Assembly: GCF_003008425.1 (NCBI RefSeq)
Contig: NZ_PXOQ01000007.1
Coordinates: 456,419 to 520,418 of the forward strand
Direction: 5' to 3'
DNA: 64,000 nucleotides
Source: Aurantibacter aestuarii
GTDB taxonomy: Bacteria > Bacteroidota > Bacteroidia > Flavobacteriales > Flavobacteriaceae
Shown here: piece after piece, positions 33,133 to 41,582 of the stretch
Numbering within the stretch: position 1 is the first letter of the stretch
Layout of the letters: each line of letters starts with the position of its first letter
Made by a program: the position numbers and the translations under genes
The notes under the pieces: model-generated
Seen by the model: only the letters and a program-made list of their open reading frames with translations
Told to the model about the DNA's origin: nothing
The model's database searches: none

Positions 33133-33223
33133 TCAAGTCAAGTTGAACATAAAAACGTAATACAAACTGTGACGGTTTATGCAATGGTGTTATATTGAAA
33201 CACCTAACAAGACCTGCTTGATG

Positions 33224-33306
33224 TGGAAGTAGTAGGACTCGAACCTACAAGCTTAAAAAAGACCAGATTTACAGTCTGGCGAGCCAACCAATTGCTCAAT
33301 ACTTCC
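33224..33306 (-). tRNA. tRNA-Tyr (anticodon GTA), type II with long variable arm
   Basis: Reverse complement GGAAGTATTGAGCAATTGGTTGGCTCGCCAGACTGTAAATCTGG...GTAGGTTCGAGTCCTACTACTTCC; 7-bp acceptor stem, anticodon loop CTGTAAA. Confidence 0.8.
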
Positions 33307-33316
33307 ATTTAATTTG

Positions 33317-33389
33317 TCTGAGAAGCAGGACTCGAACCTACAACCTCTCGCATCCAAAGCGAGCAAACATCCAATCGTTATCTTCCCAG
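33317..33389 (-). tRNA. tRNA-Pro-like (anticodon TGG), C1:G72 start, A37
   Basis: Reverse complement CTGGGAAGATAACGATTGGATGTTTGCTCGCTTTGGATGCGAGAGGTTGTAGGTTCGAGTCCTGCTTCTCAGA. Acceptor stem 7 bp with one G-U, anticodon stem CTCGC/GCGAG, loop TTTGGAT. The D-stem has only 3 bp and position 37 is A rather than G, so treat with caution. Confidence 0.55.
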
Positions 33390-33503
33390 TTTTATGTTAA
33401 TGAACTTTTTTTAACTCCACTAGTGTTCTTAACTAGTGGAGTGACTACCATTGTTTAAATTAAAAAGACTTCTTTCTAATTACTTTACAAATATTTTACT
33501 CTT

Positions 33504-33523
33504 TTGCGCAATATTTTTGCGTA
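33504..33523. promoter_or_regulatory. Conserved dyad motif, site 2 (TTGCGCAATATTTTTGCGTA), upstream of the tRNA cluster and downstream of the TPR/prfH operon
   Basis: Same GCAAT-RTTTTT-GCGTA core as sites 1 and 3; about 115 bp upstream of the tRNA-Pro 5' end. Confidence 0.5.
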
Positions 33524-33544
33524 GTGTAATTTATTTTGAAAAAA

Positions 33545-34090
33545 TTATTTCTTTTTCTTATTCCACTTATTCTTAGGATTCTTTTTTTTACACTTTTTAG
33601 AAGCGTTTGCCTTAATTTTAGCTTTAACTCTAGATATTTCAGAATCTATGAAACTTGTAAAATCATTGTTATAAGCAACTTGTTTGGCAGTTTTAAAAGA
33701 TTTCAACGCTTTTTTGTAATGTTGCTTTTGTTCTAGTAACTGATCATTTAAAACCCAAATTTCGGATTTACTTAAGCCTTTTACCGTAAATGCAAATTCT
33801 ATTAATTGTTGCGCTTCTATAAAATCTTCGTTCCAAAGTAACACTTGAATATAGCTGCTGTAGACTTTATGAAAATCTAACTTAATGGATAGTACTTCGG
33901 CGTAATACTGCTTTGCTTTTTCGTAATCTCCAAATTGTTCTGCTTGTAACTTTCCCATTAAAAACAGTGCATGTATATTATCTTCTTGATAAGACAATGC
34001 GTAGTTTAAATTCTCTACGGTTTCTTCTAAATCGTACGGATAAGCATCTAATGCTTTCAGTACGTAGGTGTTTAGTATGTTGGTTTCCAC
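33545..34090 (-). CDS. TPR-like helical protein with lysine-rich C-terminal tail; GTG start translationally coupled to prfH
   Basis: 181 aa with TPR-like helices. Its GTG start lies 2 nt after the prfH TAA stop, and it ends in the K-rich tail KAKIKANASKKCKKKNPKNKWNKKKK. Confidence 0.6.
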   Translation of the reverse strand: METNILNTYVLKALDAYPYDLEETVENLNYALSYQEDNIHALFLMGKLQAEQFGDYEKAKQYYAEVLSIKLDFHKVYSSYIQVLLWNEDFIEAQQLIEFAFTVKGLSKSEIWVLNDQLLEQKQHYKKALKSFKTAKQVAYNNDFTSFIDSEISRVKAKIKANASKKCKKKNPKNKWNKKKK

Positions 34091-34092
34091 GA

Positions 34093-34806
34093 TTATTTTA
34101 ATTTTAGTTGCTTTTGCAATTCAGTTTTTAGTTTTCCACGTTCTTTTTTGAACGTTTTGTCTTTTTTCTGAATTTTAAAATCCGAGCCTTTAAATACTTT
34201 TGTTGGCTGACCTCTTTTTATATTTAAGTGGTTTTCCCATTGATTTTTAATGCTCGACTTTAAGCGCTTTGTTTGTGTTTGATTGACTTTTTCAATCAAC
34301 CTAATTTTCGCTAATTTTTTGTTTTGATGTTGAGATCTGCTATCCATTACCAACACTTGCGTATTGGTTGGTTTATGCGTTGCTCTAATTGCAGAACTTA
34401 CTTTGTTTACATGTTGTCCGCCTGGACCAGAACTTCTTGTGGCTTGATATAAAATGTCTTTATCTGCTATATCTGAGCCGTATATTTGCTCAATTTCATA
34501 AATACCTATAAACCAGTTTTTACGTTTGTGTTTTGGTCTATATGCAGATACGCCAATCCATTGAATTGTTCCTAGCCACTTGCTTAAAAATGTGGTTAAA
34601 TTAGTTCCTGAAATTTGCACAGTTGCCGATTGTAATGTGCCATTTTCTACGCCTGTTTCGCGCTGCAAAATGCTGTATTCAATAGTTTTTAATTTTGCGG
34701 CTTCTAAAAATAATTTTAGAACTTGAGCTACAACCCAACAGCATTCTGCAGGTCCGCGACCAGATGTTATTTGTATTATTTTAGTTTTTGTTAATGACTT
34801 TGCCAT
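34093..34806 (-). CDS. prfH: Peptide chain release factor H homologue (PrfH; RF2-like, lacks domain 1) with extra K-rich tail
   Basis: GGQ motif RSSGPGGQHVNKVSSAIRATH. The N-terminal domain (GRGPAECCWVV..., WLGTIQWIGVSAYRPKHKRKNWFIGI) follows E. coli PrfH, recalled from memory: [34 protein letters not shown]. There is an added ~25-aa lysine-rich C-terminus. Confidence 0.85.
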   Translation of the reverse strand: MAKSLTKTKIIQITSGRGPAECCWVVAQVLKLFLEAAKLKTIEYSILQRETGVENGTLQSATVQISGTNLTTFLSKWLGTIQWIGVSAYRPKHKRKNWFIGIYEIEQIYGSDIADKDILYQATRSSGPGGQHVNKVSSAIRATHKPTNTQVLVMDSRSQHQNKKLAKIRLIEKVNQTQTKRLKSSIKNQWENHLNIKRGQPTKVFKGSDFKIQKKDKTFKKERGKLKTELQKQLKLK

Positions 34807-35138
34807 AATATTTTATCTTCTAAAAGCTCTAGTAAAAGCTGGTGTTTCAAACGTTTTAAAAGTGCTTTTGGTTTTTTATTACAACCACAAACCTCTGTAA
34901 TTTTAGTTTTGTATTTTAAATTACATGTTGCTCTAGAGGTTATCTAAAAACAAGTTTGCTGTTATGTTAACGATTCCAAGAAACGCTTCTAATTAGGAAT
35001 CAAGGTTTAAATGAATTTGATATAATTCATGATTGATTTTATTTAAAATGAAGCGTGACATTTAGTCTAAACGCAACATGGGTTGTTTTTACTACTGTTT
35101 AGGAATGTGTTTAGCAGAGTTGCTAAGGTTGAAAACAA

Positions 35139-35176
35139 AAAATCCGAAACAGTTTTTTAATTGCTTCGGATTTTTC
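35139..35176. terminator. Bidirectional intrinsic terminator (AAAATCCGAA-N16-TTCGGATTTT)
   Basis: 10-bp perfect stem flanked by A/T runs on both sides; most likely terminates the minus-strand 201-aa gene. Confidence 0.55.
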
Positions 35177-35367
35177 ATTTGTTTATGAAAGTGGTATTAA
35201 CTAAAATACGCTCGAAGCACCGCAGAAGGAATACGTCCTTTTGGGAAATCTGGATATGCTATAGAAATTATCATACTTCGAGTTTTTATTATTAATTTTT
35301 TCTTTGGAAATTTTTATTTCCGCTGGGCAAAGATTTGTTTTTATTTTTGAGTTATCAAAATTTATTT

Positions 35368-35973
35368 TCAATTTTTTTTAAAAAGTAATGCCTTAATACG
35401 AAGTATTAACTTTTTTTGAATTGTGCAAATTTTATTTTTATTTTCCACCAAGGTAAATGCTGTTTTGGGTTTTGAGTTGTTTAAAAAATATAATTTTATC
35501 GATTTTAAGTCTTCTAAACTATTCATTAAATTGAGCGTTGTATTCGAAAGCTTTCTAACTTTATTTATCAATTCATTTTTATTAATAATAGTAAATTGAA
35601 AATTTTCAAAATCTTCTCTTAATAGATAAAAATCCCATAGTATATCATATTCAGTTTGATAGTCAAAACACTCTAATAAAACATTTAAATGTAAATAAGC
35701 TTCATCAAAATTATTTGCTTTACTCAGTTTTTTACAACCTTCGATTAGTTTAAAAAATATCATAAAATCTTCACCATGTTTTTCATTAGTGACCTGCAAT
35801 AATTTTTTACTCCATTCATCATTACTATAATTTATGGTAAAAAGATCAAAATAATATGGATTCGAGTCTAGATTAGATAATAATTCATCATTAGTATACA
35901 ACCAATTTTCAAATTGGGAAACTGTTATTCTTTCGGTTAAAACATCAAATATTTTGTATTCTAAAGCTTTCAT
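35368..35973 (-). CDS. Hypothetical protein (no recognisable domain), divergent from the WYL regulator gene
   Basis: 201-aa ORF with coding-like composition. A shared dyad motif sits exactly mid-way in the 93-bp divergent intergenic region. Confidence 0.5.
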   Translation of the reverse strand: MKALEYKIFDVLTERITVSQFENWLYTNDELLSNLDSNPYYFDLFTINYSNDEWSKKLLQVTNEKHGEDFMIFFKLIEGCKKLSKANNFDEAYLHLNVLLECFDYQTEYDILWDFYLLREDFENFQFTIINKNELINKVRKLSNTTLNLMNSLEDLKSIKLYFLNNSKPKTAFTLVENKNKICTIQKKLILRIKALLFKKN

Positions 35974-36006
35974 CTGCTGTAATTTTATACAAAAATGAAA
36001 TGCCCA

Positions 36007-36025
36007 TACGCAATGTTTTTGCGTA
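36007..36025. promoter_or_regulatory. Conserved dyad motif, site 3 (TACGCAATGTTTTTGCGTA), perfect 7-bp inverted repeat
   Basis: TACGCAA-N5-TTGCGTA centred in the 35974-36066 divergent intergenic region. It overlaps a TTG-N18-TATTTTAG promoter-like arrangement facing the WYL gene. Confidence 0.6.
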
Positions 36026-36066
36026 CTAGTTATTTTTTCTATTTTAGAAGTGAAATTAATTGAAAA

Positions 36067-37788
36067 ATGGCTGTAAATAAAAACGCACTTTTAAGATATA
36101 AAACCATAGATAAATGTTTACAAAACCATTTCAAAACATGGACTTTGAACGATTTAATTGAAGCTTGTTCCGATGCTTTGTATGATTACGAAGGAAAAGA
36201 TGTAGATGTTAGTAAACGTACGATTCAGTTAGATTTACAGATGATGCGTAGCGATAAATTGGGTTATAATGCGCCAATTATTGTTTACGACCGAAAGTTT
36301 TATAAATACGAAGACGAGAATTATAGTATTACCAATAGCCCAATTTCTAATCAAGATTTAAATAAGTTATCTGAAGCAGTTTCGTTTTTAAAACAATTTC
36401 AAGGATTTTCGCATTTTTCGGCTTTAGATAGCATGGTTCAGAAATTAGAAGATCACGTTTACACGCAGAAAACCCAAGAGAAAGCACTTATAGATTTTGA
36501 AAAAAATGATAACCTAAAAGGCTTCAACTTTTTAGATGAATTGTATCGCTACATACAAGTTAAAAAACCAATAAAACTAACTTACAAATCGTTTAAAGCT
36601 AGAGAGAAAAGCACATTTACTTTTCATCCTTATTTGTTGAAAGAGTTTAGAAACAGATGGTTTATTATAGGTCGTAAAAACTCTAATGTGGCACTTTTAA
36701 ATCTAGCATTAGACCGTATTGTTAAAATTGAAGAATCTGCAGACGAATTTATTTACAACACCACTTTTAATTTAGAAAATTATTACAAAAACGTGATTGG
36801 TGTTTCTGTAAGTCCTACTATAAAAACCGAACATATTTTACTTTATGTTACTCATAAACATGCGCCATATGTGGTGACAAAACCGTTTCATTCGTCTCAA
36901 AAAATTGTTGATAAAGATAATTATGGGATCACTATTTCTTTAGATGTACAACATAATTTTGAACTTGAAAAAGAGATTTTATCTTTAGGTGATGGCATTA
37001 AAGTGTTAGCGCCAAAACGTTTAAAGGAAACCATTAAAGAACGTTTACAAGAAAGTGTAGACACGTATAATACTGAATTAGACTTAAAAGAGTTAACTCT
37101 ATTAAAAAAGCAGGTTTTACATAAAGGATTTTCGGTTTTAAATCAAGTGTATACCAAACGTGAGATTAAGAAAATTAAGGGTAAACTTCACATGTATTTA
37201 AAAAATAATCCTGGTAAAACGTATAGCTTACGTGAAGTGTTTTTAAGGCTACCACAGTTAAAACCTTTAGTAATTAATAAAAATTTAAAGCAAATTATTG
37301 ATAGTTTATTACCAAACGCTTTTCTAACTAAAGTGATTTATTTTGATAAAACCATACAAGATAATTGGTACGTGACATGGCATCAAGATTTACCCGTAAA
37401 TGTAAAAGATAAAATTGAAACTGATGGTTTTACTTCTTGGACTAAAAAAGAAGACGTTATTAGTGTTATTCCACCTGAAGCTATAAATAAAAACACAATT
37501 AGTATTCGTGTACATTTAGACAATACAAATTCAGAAAATGGTGCTTTAAAAGTAATTCCGGGTTCGCAAAACAAACGCTTAACAGATACTGAAATAAAGT
37601 TAATTATAGATAATTCTTTACCTTTTGATTGTGAAGTGAATTTAGGAGGAATTCATATTTTAAAACCTCAAATTTTACATGCGTCTTCTAAAAACAAAAG
37701 CGGCAAACGCAGACGCGTTTTACATTTGGAATTTTCTAATTTGGATTTACCAAATGGTTTGGAATATGCTGAAAAAGTAGATCTTTAG
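36067..37788 (+). CDS. HTH-WYL-WCX transcriptional regulator fused to a C-terminal PhyH-like Fe(II)/2-oxoglutarate dioxygenase domain
   Basis: N-terminal DeoR-type HTH (VSKRTIQLDLQMMRSDKLGYNAPIIVYDRKFYKYED). WYL domain (IKLTYKSFKAREKSTFTFHPYLLKEFRNRWFIIGRK...LALDRIVKIEE). WCX-like segment (HILLYVTHKH...GDGIKVLAPKRLKETIKERL). The last ~170 aa carry the PhyH facial-triad motifs TWHQD ... GALKVIPGSQ ... LHASSKNKSGKRRRVLHLEF. Confidence 0.75.
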   Translation: MAVNKNALLRYKTIDKCLQNHFKTWTLNDLIEACSDALYDYEGKDVDVSKRTIQLDLQMMRSDKLGYNAPIIVYDRKFYKYEDENYSITNSPISNQDLNKLSEAVSFLKQFQGFSHFSALDSMVQKLEDHVYTQKTQEKALIDFEKNDNLKGFNFLDELYRYIQVKKPIKLTYKSFKAREKSTFTFHPYLLKEFRNRWFIIGRKNSNVALLNLALDRIVKIEESADEFIYNTTFNLENYYKNVIGVSVSPTIKTEHILLYVTHKHAPYVVTKPFHSSQKIVDKDNYGITISLDVQHNFELEKEILSLGDGIKVLAPKRLKETIKERLQESVDTYNTELDLKELTLLKKQVLHKGFSVLNQVYTKREIKKIKGKLHMYLKNNPGKTYSLREVFLRLPQLKPLVINKNLKQIIDSLLPNAFLTKVIYFDKTIQDNWYVTWHQDLPVNVKDKIETDGFTSWTKKEDVISVIPPEAINKNTISIRVHLDNTNSENGALKVIPGSQNKRLTDTEIKLIIDNSLPFDCEVNLGGIHILKPQILHASSKNKSGKRRRVLHLEFSNLDLPNGLEYAEKVDL

Positions 37789-37884
37789 AAAGTTATAATT
37801 ACTTTATATGTAATAAACGGATAAGATAGTTACAGTATAATCTAGGAAAAGTTTTTAGAAACAACAGCTTTATTATTACAACAA

Positions 37885-40152
37885 TTGTATAAAATTAATA
37901 TGAAAACATTAGAACGATTTGTAAGCAGTATTATTCAGTTTAGAATAGCGATTATAGTATGCTTAACCGTTTTAATGGCATTTTCAGGATATCAAACCAT
38001 AAATCATCTGCGTATAGATAATTCCTTGTCTATCTGGTTTTTAGAAAATGACCCGAGCTATAAGGCTTATATCGATTTTCAAAAAGAGTTTGGCTCGGAT
38101 GAGATTTTTGTTGGCATGTTTCCTGTGGAAAATGCAATTGGAAAACAGGAAAAAAAGAAATTATTACAACTTCATGAAGCAATAGATACTTTATCTTACG
38201 TTAAAACGTCTTTTAGTATTGCTAAAGCACAATATCCTCTATACGCTAATAACTCTATTAAGTTTGAAGATGTATATAACACCAATCGCAGCGAAAAAGG
38301 CTTAAAAAGTGTGCTTTCTAAGTTACCAAACATGAGCAGTCAGTTAGTAACTAAAGATTTTAAGCATCAATTTTTCTATATTCAATTAAACCCAACACCA
38401 TCCATAGAAACAAAGCGTAAAGATCTTTTAGGTGAAATAACTACACTTATTGAACAAAATTATGACGATTATTATTTGACCGGTCCACCGGTTTTAAATG
38501 AAGCTTACAGTAAAGGGATTTATAAAGAAAGTCTTGTTTTTGGAGGTTTAACAGTGTTGTTTATTACACTAATGTTATTGTTTATGTTGCCTAGTAAGCG
38601 CTATTTATTAGTGTCTTTAATCTCGGTAGCAGTACCGGTATCTTTATTGTTTGGGCTTATTACTTCAATGGGTTATGCTTTAAACATGATTTCTATGCTT
38701 ATTCCTACCATTTTAATGGTGTATAGTGTAAGCGATGCGGTTCATATTATCAATATTTATCATAAAGAAGGCCTTCAACATTTAGATCAAACAAAAACAC
38801 AGTTATTAGCCATAACCATTAAAAAAAGTTTTACACCTTGTTTTTATACTACGCTAACCACATTTGTAGGGTATTTTGCGCTGTATTTATCACCACTACC
38901 AGCTTTTAAAAACATGGGTGTTTTTACCTGTATTGGTTTAATTTTAAGTTTTATACTGGTTTATGTTATTGCTATTATAGGGTTTAGTTTTATGAATTCA
39001 GAGTTTAAAACAACCAAGCCTATTTTGGAAATGATAGGCTTAAGCCAATCCAAGTTTATAGATTGGTTAAATGTGTTTACTACTAAATCTAAAACCAAAA
39101 TTATTTTGGTGTTTACTGTGCTATTAATTTATGGTTTGTATGCTGTTTTTCAAGTGAAAATAGATACCAATTCTCAAAACCTTTTAGCTGAAGGCAAAGC
39201 GAAACAAGATTTGAGAGTTGTAGAAGGTAAGTTAAATGGAAGTTCACGCATGCAACTGGACATTTCTGCTAAAAACGGAGACTTAATTACCAATACTGAG
39301 GCTTTAAAACAATTAGAAAAATTTCAATCAAAACTTGAAAATAACCTGGTAATAAACGCGCCTATATCTGTTGTAAATATCAAAAAATTTTTAGAACAAA
39401 GAACACCTGTGTTATTTCAATCTAATGTTTCGCAGGATGCCATAAAAAATACGTTAAGTAAAGTAGATACAGACCGTAACAGTTTTTTCAAATTATTTTC
39501 AGACGATTTATCTTCTGCAGGAATTACTATAAGTTTTAAGGAGATGAAAACTTCCGAACTTGAGAAGCTTATAGCAGATATTCAATCGGATTTTAAAGCG
39601 ACATTTAATACAGAAACTTATCAACTTAAAATAAATGGCTTTGCTGTTGTATTTGCACAACTAAATAACTTCATTTTACAAACCCAGTTCAGGTCTTTCT
39701 TTGCAGCTTTTTTTGTGGCCTTTTTATGTTTACTCATCTTTATAAAAAATGTAAAAACCACTATTTTAGTTTTAATACCAAATATGTTACCATTAGCTAT
39801 TTTAGCCATTTTAATGAGTTGGTTAAATATCCCATTAGACGTTACTACAGCTATGATTACACCAATTATGCTTGGAATTGCTATGGACGACACCATACAT
39901 TTAGTCTATAAATACAGAAAAACGAAAGGTAATTCCGCATCACCAGAAGAACGAATGGATAGCGCAATGCGTTACACAGGTTCAGCTTTAATTTCTACCA
40001 CATTTGCTTTAGTTGCTGGATTTTTAATTATTGCGTCTAGCGCAACACCGTCGGTTCGAGATTTCGGACTGTTATGCGCGGTTACGGTAGCTGTAGCGTT
40101 AATAACAGATTTATTTTATTTGCCTGCTTTGCTTAAACGTTTTGATAAATAA
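37885..40152 (+). CDS. MMPL/RND-superfamily membrane transporter
   Basis: 755 aa with two 6-TM bundles each preceded by a large periplasmic loop. Confidence 0.8.
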   Translation: MYKINMKTLERFVSSIIQFRIAIIVCLTVLMAFSGYQTINHLRIDNSLSIWFLENDPSYKAYIDFQKEFGSDEIFVGMFPVENAIGKQEKKKLLQLHEAIDTLSYVKTSFSIAKAQYPLYANNSIKFEDVYNTNRSEKGLKSVLSKLPNMSSQLVTKDFKHQFFYIQLNPTPSIETKRKDLLGEITTLIEQNYDDYYLTGPPVLNEAYSKGIYKESLVFGGLTVLFITLMLLFMLPSKRYLLVSLISVAVPVSLLFGLITSMGYALNMISMLIPTILMVYSVSDAVHIINIYHKEGLQHLDQTKTQLLAITIKKSFTPCFYTTLTTFVGYFALYLSPLPAFKNMGVFTCIGLILSFILVYVIAIIGFSFMNSEFKTTKPILEMIGLSQSKFIDWLNVFTTKSKTKIILVFTVLLIYGLYAVFQVKIDTNSQNLLAEGKAKQDLRVVEGKLNGSSRMQLDISAKNGDLITNTEALKQLEKFQSKLENNLVINAPISVVNIKKFLEQRTPVLFQSNVSQDAIKNTLSKVDTDRNSFFKLFSDDLSSAGITISFKEMKTSELEKLIADIQSDFKATFNTETYQLKINGFAVVFAQLNNFILQTQFRSFFAAFFVAFLCLLIFIKNVKTTILVLIPNMLPLAILAILMSWLNIPLDVTTAMITPIMLGIAMDDTIHLVYKYRKTKGNSASPEERMDSAMRYTGSALISTTFALVAGFLIIASSATPSVRDFGLLCAVTVAVALITDLFYLPALLKRFDK

Positions 40153-41042
40153 ATTTCAGTGTTATTTTCCAAATGGATATCATGCTCAAAAATAACATCT
40201 TGACTGTCCAGCTTTGCTTTTATAAGATAATTTCTACCATTAAAATAAGACGTTATTACTTTGGCTTTTAATGGTGAAGACTGTACTATAGTAAGTTCAT
40301 GAGCGTAAATAATCTCATCATTAATCACATTAAATTCTTCAAAAAATGACGCCATTAAAGGAGTTTTTGGGTCTTTGTATAAAGTTTCAGGAGTGTCCTT
40401 AACTACAATGACTTTTTTATCTAAAAGCATCATTTGGTCAGCAAAGCCAAGCACATCATTTTTATCGTGAGTGGCTACAATACAAGCAATATTTTTTTCT
40501 TTTAAATAGCTAAATATATTTCGTCTTAAAGACTGCTTTTTAAAATTATCTATATGGCTAAAGGGTTCATCCAAAAGTAATATTTCAGGTTGTTTAGCTA
40601 AAGATCTAGCCAAAGCAACACGCTGCTTTTGTCCACCACTAAGTAACTTTACTTTAGTTTTAGCTACACTTTCCAACTCCACCACTTTTATAAGCTCTGC
40701 GGTTCGTTTTTTCTTTTCTTCTGGATAAAAATTAGATAGATATTTTCCAATATTTTCTTCAACAGAAATAAAAGGCATTAAATCAAACTCCTGAGTGACC
40801 GATTTCATAAAATCGTAACCAACAACAAGATTATGTTCCGGACCTAAAATTTCGGTATCATCCCAAAAAATTTGTCCTTTTTTTAAATCGTATTCGCCGT
40901 AAAGTAATTTAAGTAATGTACTTTTTCCGCAACCACTTTCACCAATTATAGCAAGATGTTCGCCTTTTTCAACGGTAAAATTAAGATGTTTTAAAATGAT
41001 TTTTTTTGAATAAGAAAAAGTGAGATTTTTTACATGTAGCAT
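40116..41042 (-). CDS. ABC transporter ATP-binding protein
   Basis: Walker A GESGCGKST, signature LSGGQKQRVALAR and Walker B LLLDEP; the 3' end overlaps the MMPL gene convergently by 37 bp. Confidence 0.8.
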   Translation of the reverse strand: MLHVKNLTFSYSKKIILKHLNFTVEKGEHLAIIGESGCGKSTLLKLLYGEYDLKKGQIFWDDTEILGPEHNLVVGYDFMKSVTQEFDLMPFISVEENIGKYLSNFYPEEKKKRTAELIKVVELESVAKTKVKLLSGGQKQRVALARSLAKQPEILLLDEPFSHIDNFKKQSLRRNIFSYLKEKNIACIVATHDKNDVLGFADQMMLLDKKVIVVKDTPETLYKDPKTPLMASFFEEFNVINDEIIYAHELTIVQSSPLKAKVITSYFNGRNYLIKAKLDSQDVIFEHDIHLENNTEIYLSKRLSKAGK

Positions 41043-41120
41043 AGATTCAAAAATACAGGATTTTAGAAAAGTTTACAATTATTTTTTTGCTCGATATTTT
41101 TTATGAATAATTAATTGAAA

Positions 41121-41200
41121 TGTCTGGTTGAGCTTAGTCGAAACCTATTTGTAAACCTAATTTTTTCAAGAAATCATGTCGAAGATAGGAGACATCACAT
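41121..41200. repeat. MITE-like element, copy 2a (direct repeat unit 1)
   Basis: About 75 bp, ~95% identical to 41339-41418; the same family as 1177-1305. Confidence 0.5.
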
Positions 41201-41338
41201 CATAATTCATTAAAATTTAATTTATATAAAAGGTAAAGATTTCTCCTAATTTCGAAATGACAATTAATAAGTTCATTCTTTAAGTTCTCGACTACGCTCG
41301 AACGGACAATACTATCGTGCTAACTATTTCTATAAAAT

Positions 41339-41418
41339 AAATCAGGTTGAGTTTAGTCTAAACCTATTTGTAAACCTAATTTTTTCAAGAAATCATGTCG
41401 ACGATAGGAGACATCACA
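41339..41418. repeat. MITE-like element, copy 2b (direct repeat unit 2)
   Basis: GGTTGAGTTTAGTCTAAACCTATTTGTAAACCTAATTTTTTCAAGAAATCATGTCGACGATAGGAGACATCACAT against the same 75-mer at 41126. Confidence 0.5.
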
Positions 41419-41509
41419 TAAGTTGAGCTTTACATTTAACCAACTCAAATGCAACATCTTAATTCATAGAAATAACTAGCACTAAATTAAAGTCGCGTTA
41501 AGGATGGAA

Positions 41510-41582
41510 GTGGTATCCTTTTTTTGCTTTAGCAAATGGCAAAAAAGATATAACGTACAGCCTGACCCGCAGGGTAACGCCC
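41510..41582. repeat. ~70-nt repeated element, copy B
   Basis: GTGGTATCCTTTTTTT...CAAAAAAGATATAACGT...GGGTAACGCC, preceded by a hairpin AAGGAT...ATCCTT and a T-run. Confidence 0.45.

Noticed and set aside
32928-33146. 72-aa plus-strand ORF
   Set aside because: It lies on top of the tRNA-like fragments on the opposite strand and has no coding signature; it is an artefact of the conserved T-arm sequence.
33068-33223. Attempt to fold fragment B (and the 150-nt gap up to tRNA-Tyr) as an intron-containing or type-II tRNA
   Set aside because: No 5' acceptor strand able to pair with CTTCATT within 150 nt, no D-arm, and the anticodon-like loop is 6 nt; kept only as a fragment.
33424-33450. 9-bp perfect palindrome CTCCACTAG-N9-CTAGTGGAG between dyad site 2 and tRNA-Pro
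   Set aside because: It has no adjacent U-run on either strand, so it is not a convincing terminator. It may be a processing or regulatory hairpin but the evidence is insufficient.
31261-36025. Reading the GCAAT-RTTTTT-GCGTA element as merely the generic Bacteroidetes sigma-A -33/-7 promoter
   Set aside because: The TTTG and T-rich parts do resemble promoter elements, but the extended dyad (TACGCAA/TTGCGTA) is conserved at three sites in a single 5-kb neighbourhood, which is more specific than a basal promoter. Kept as an operator hypothesis with this caveat.
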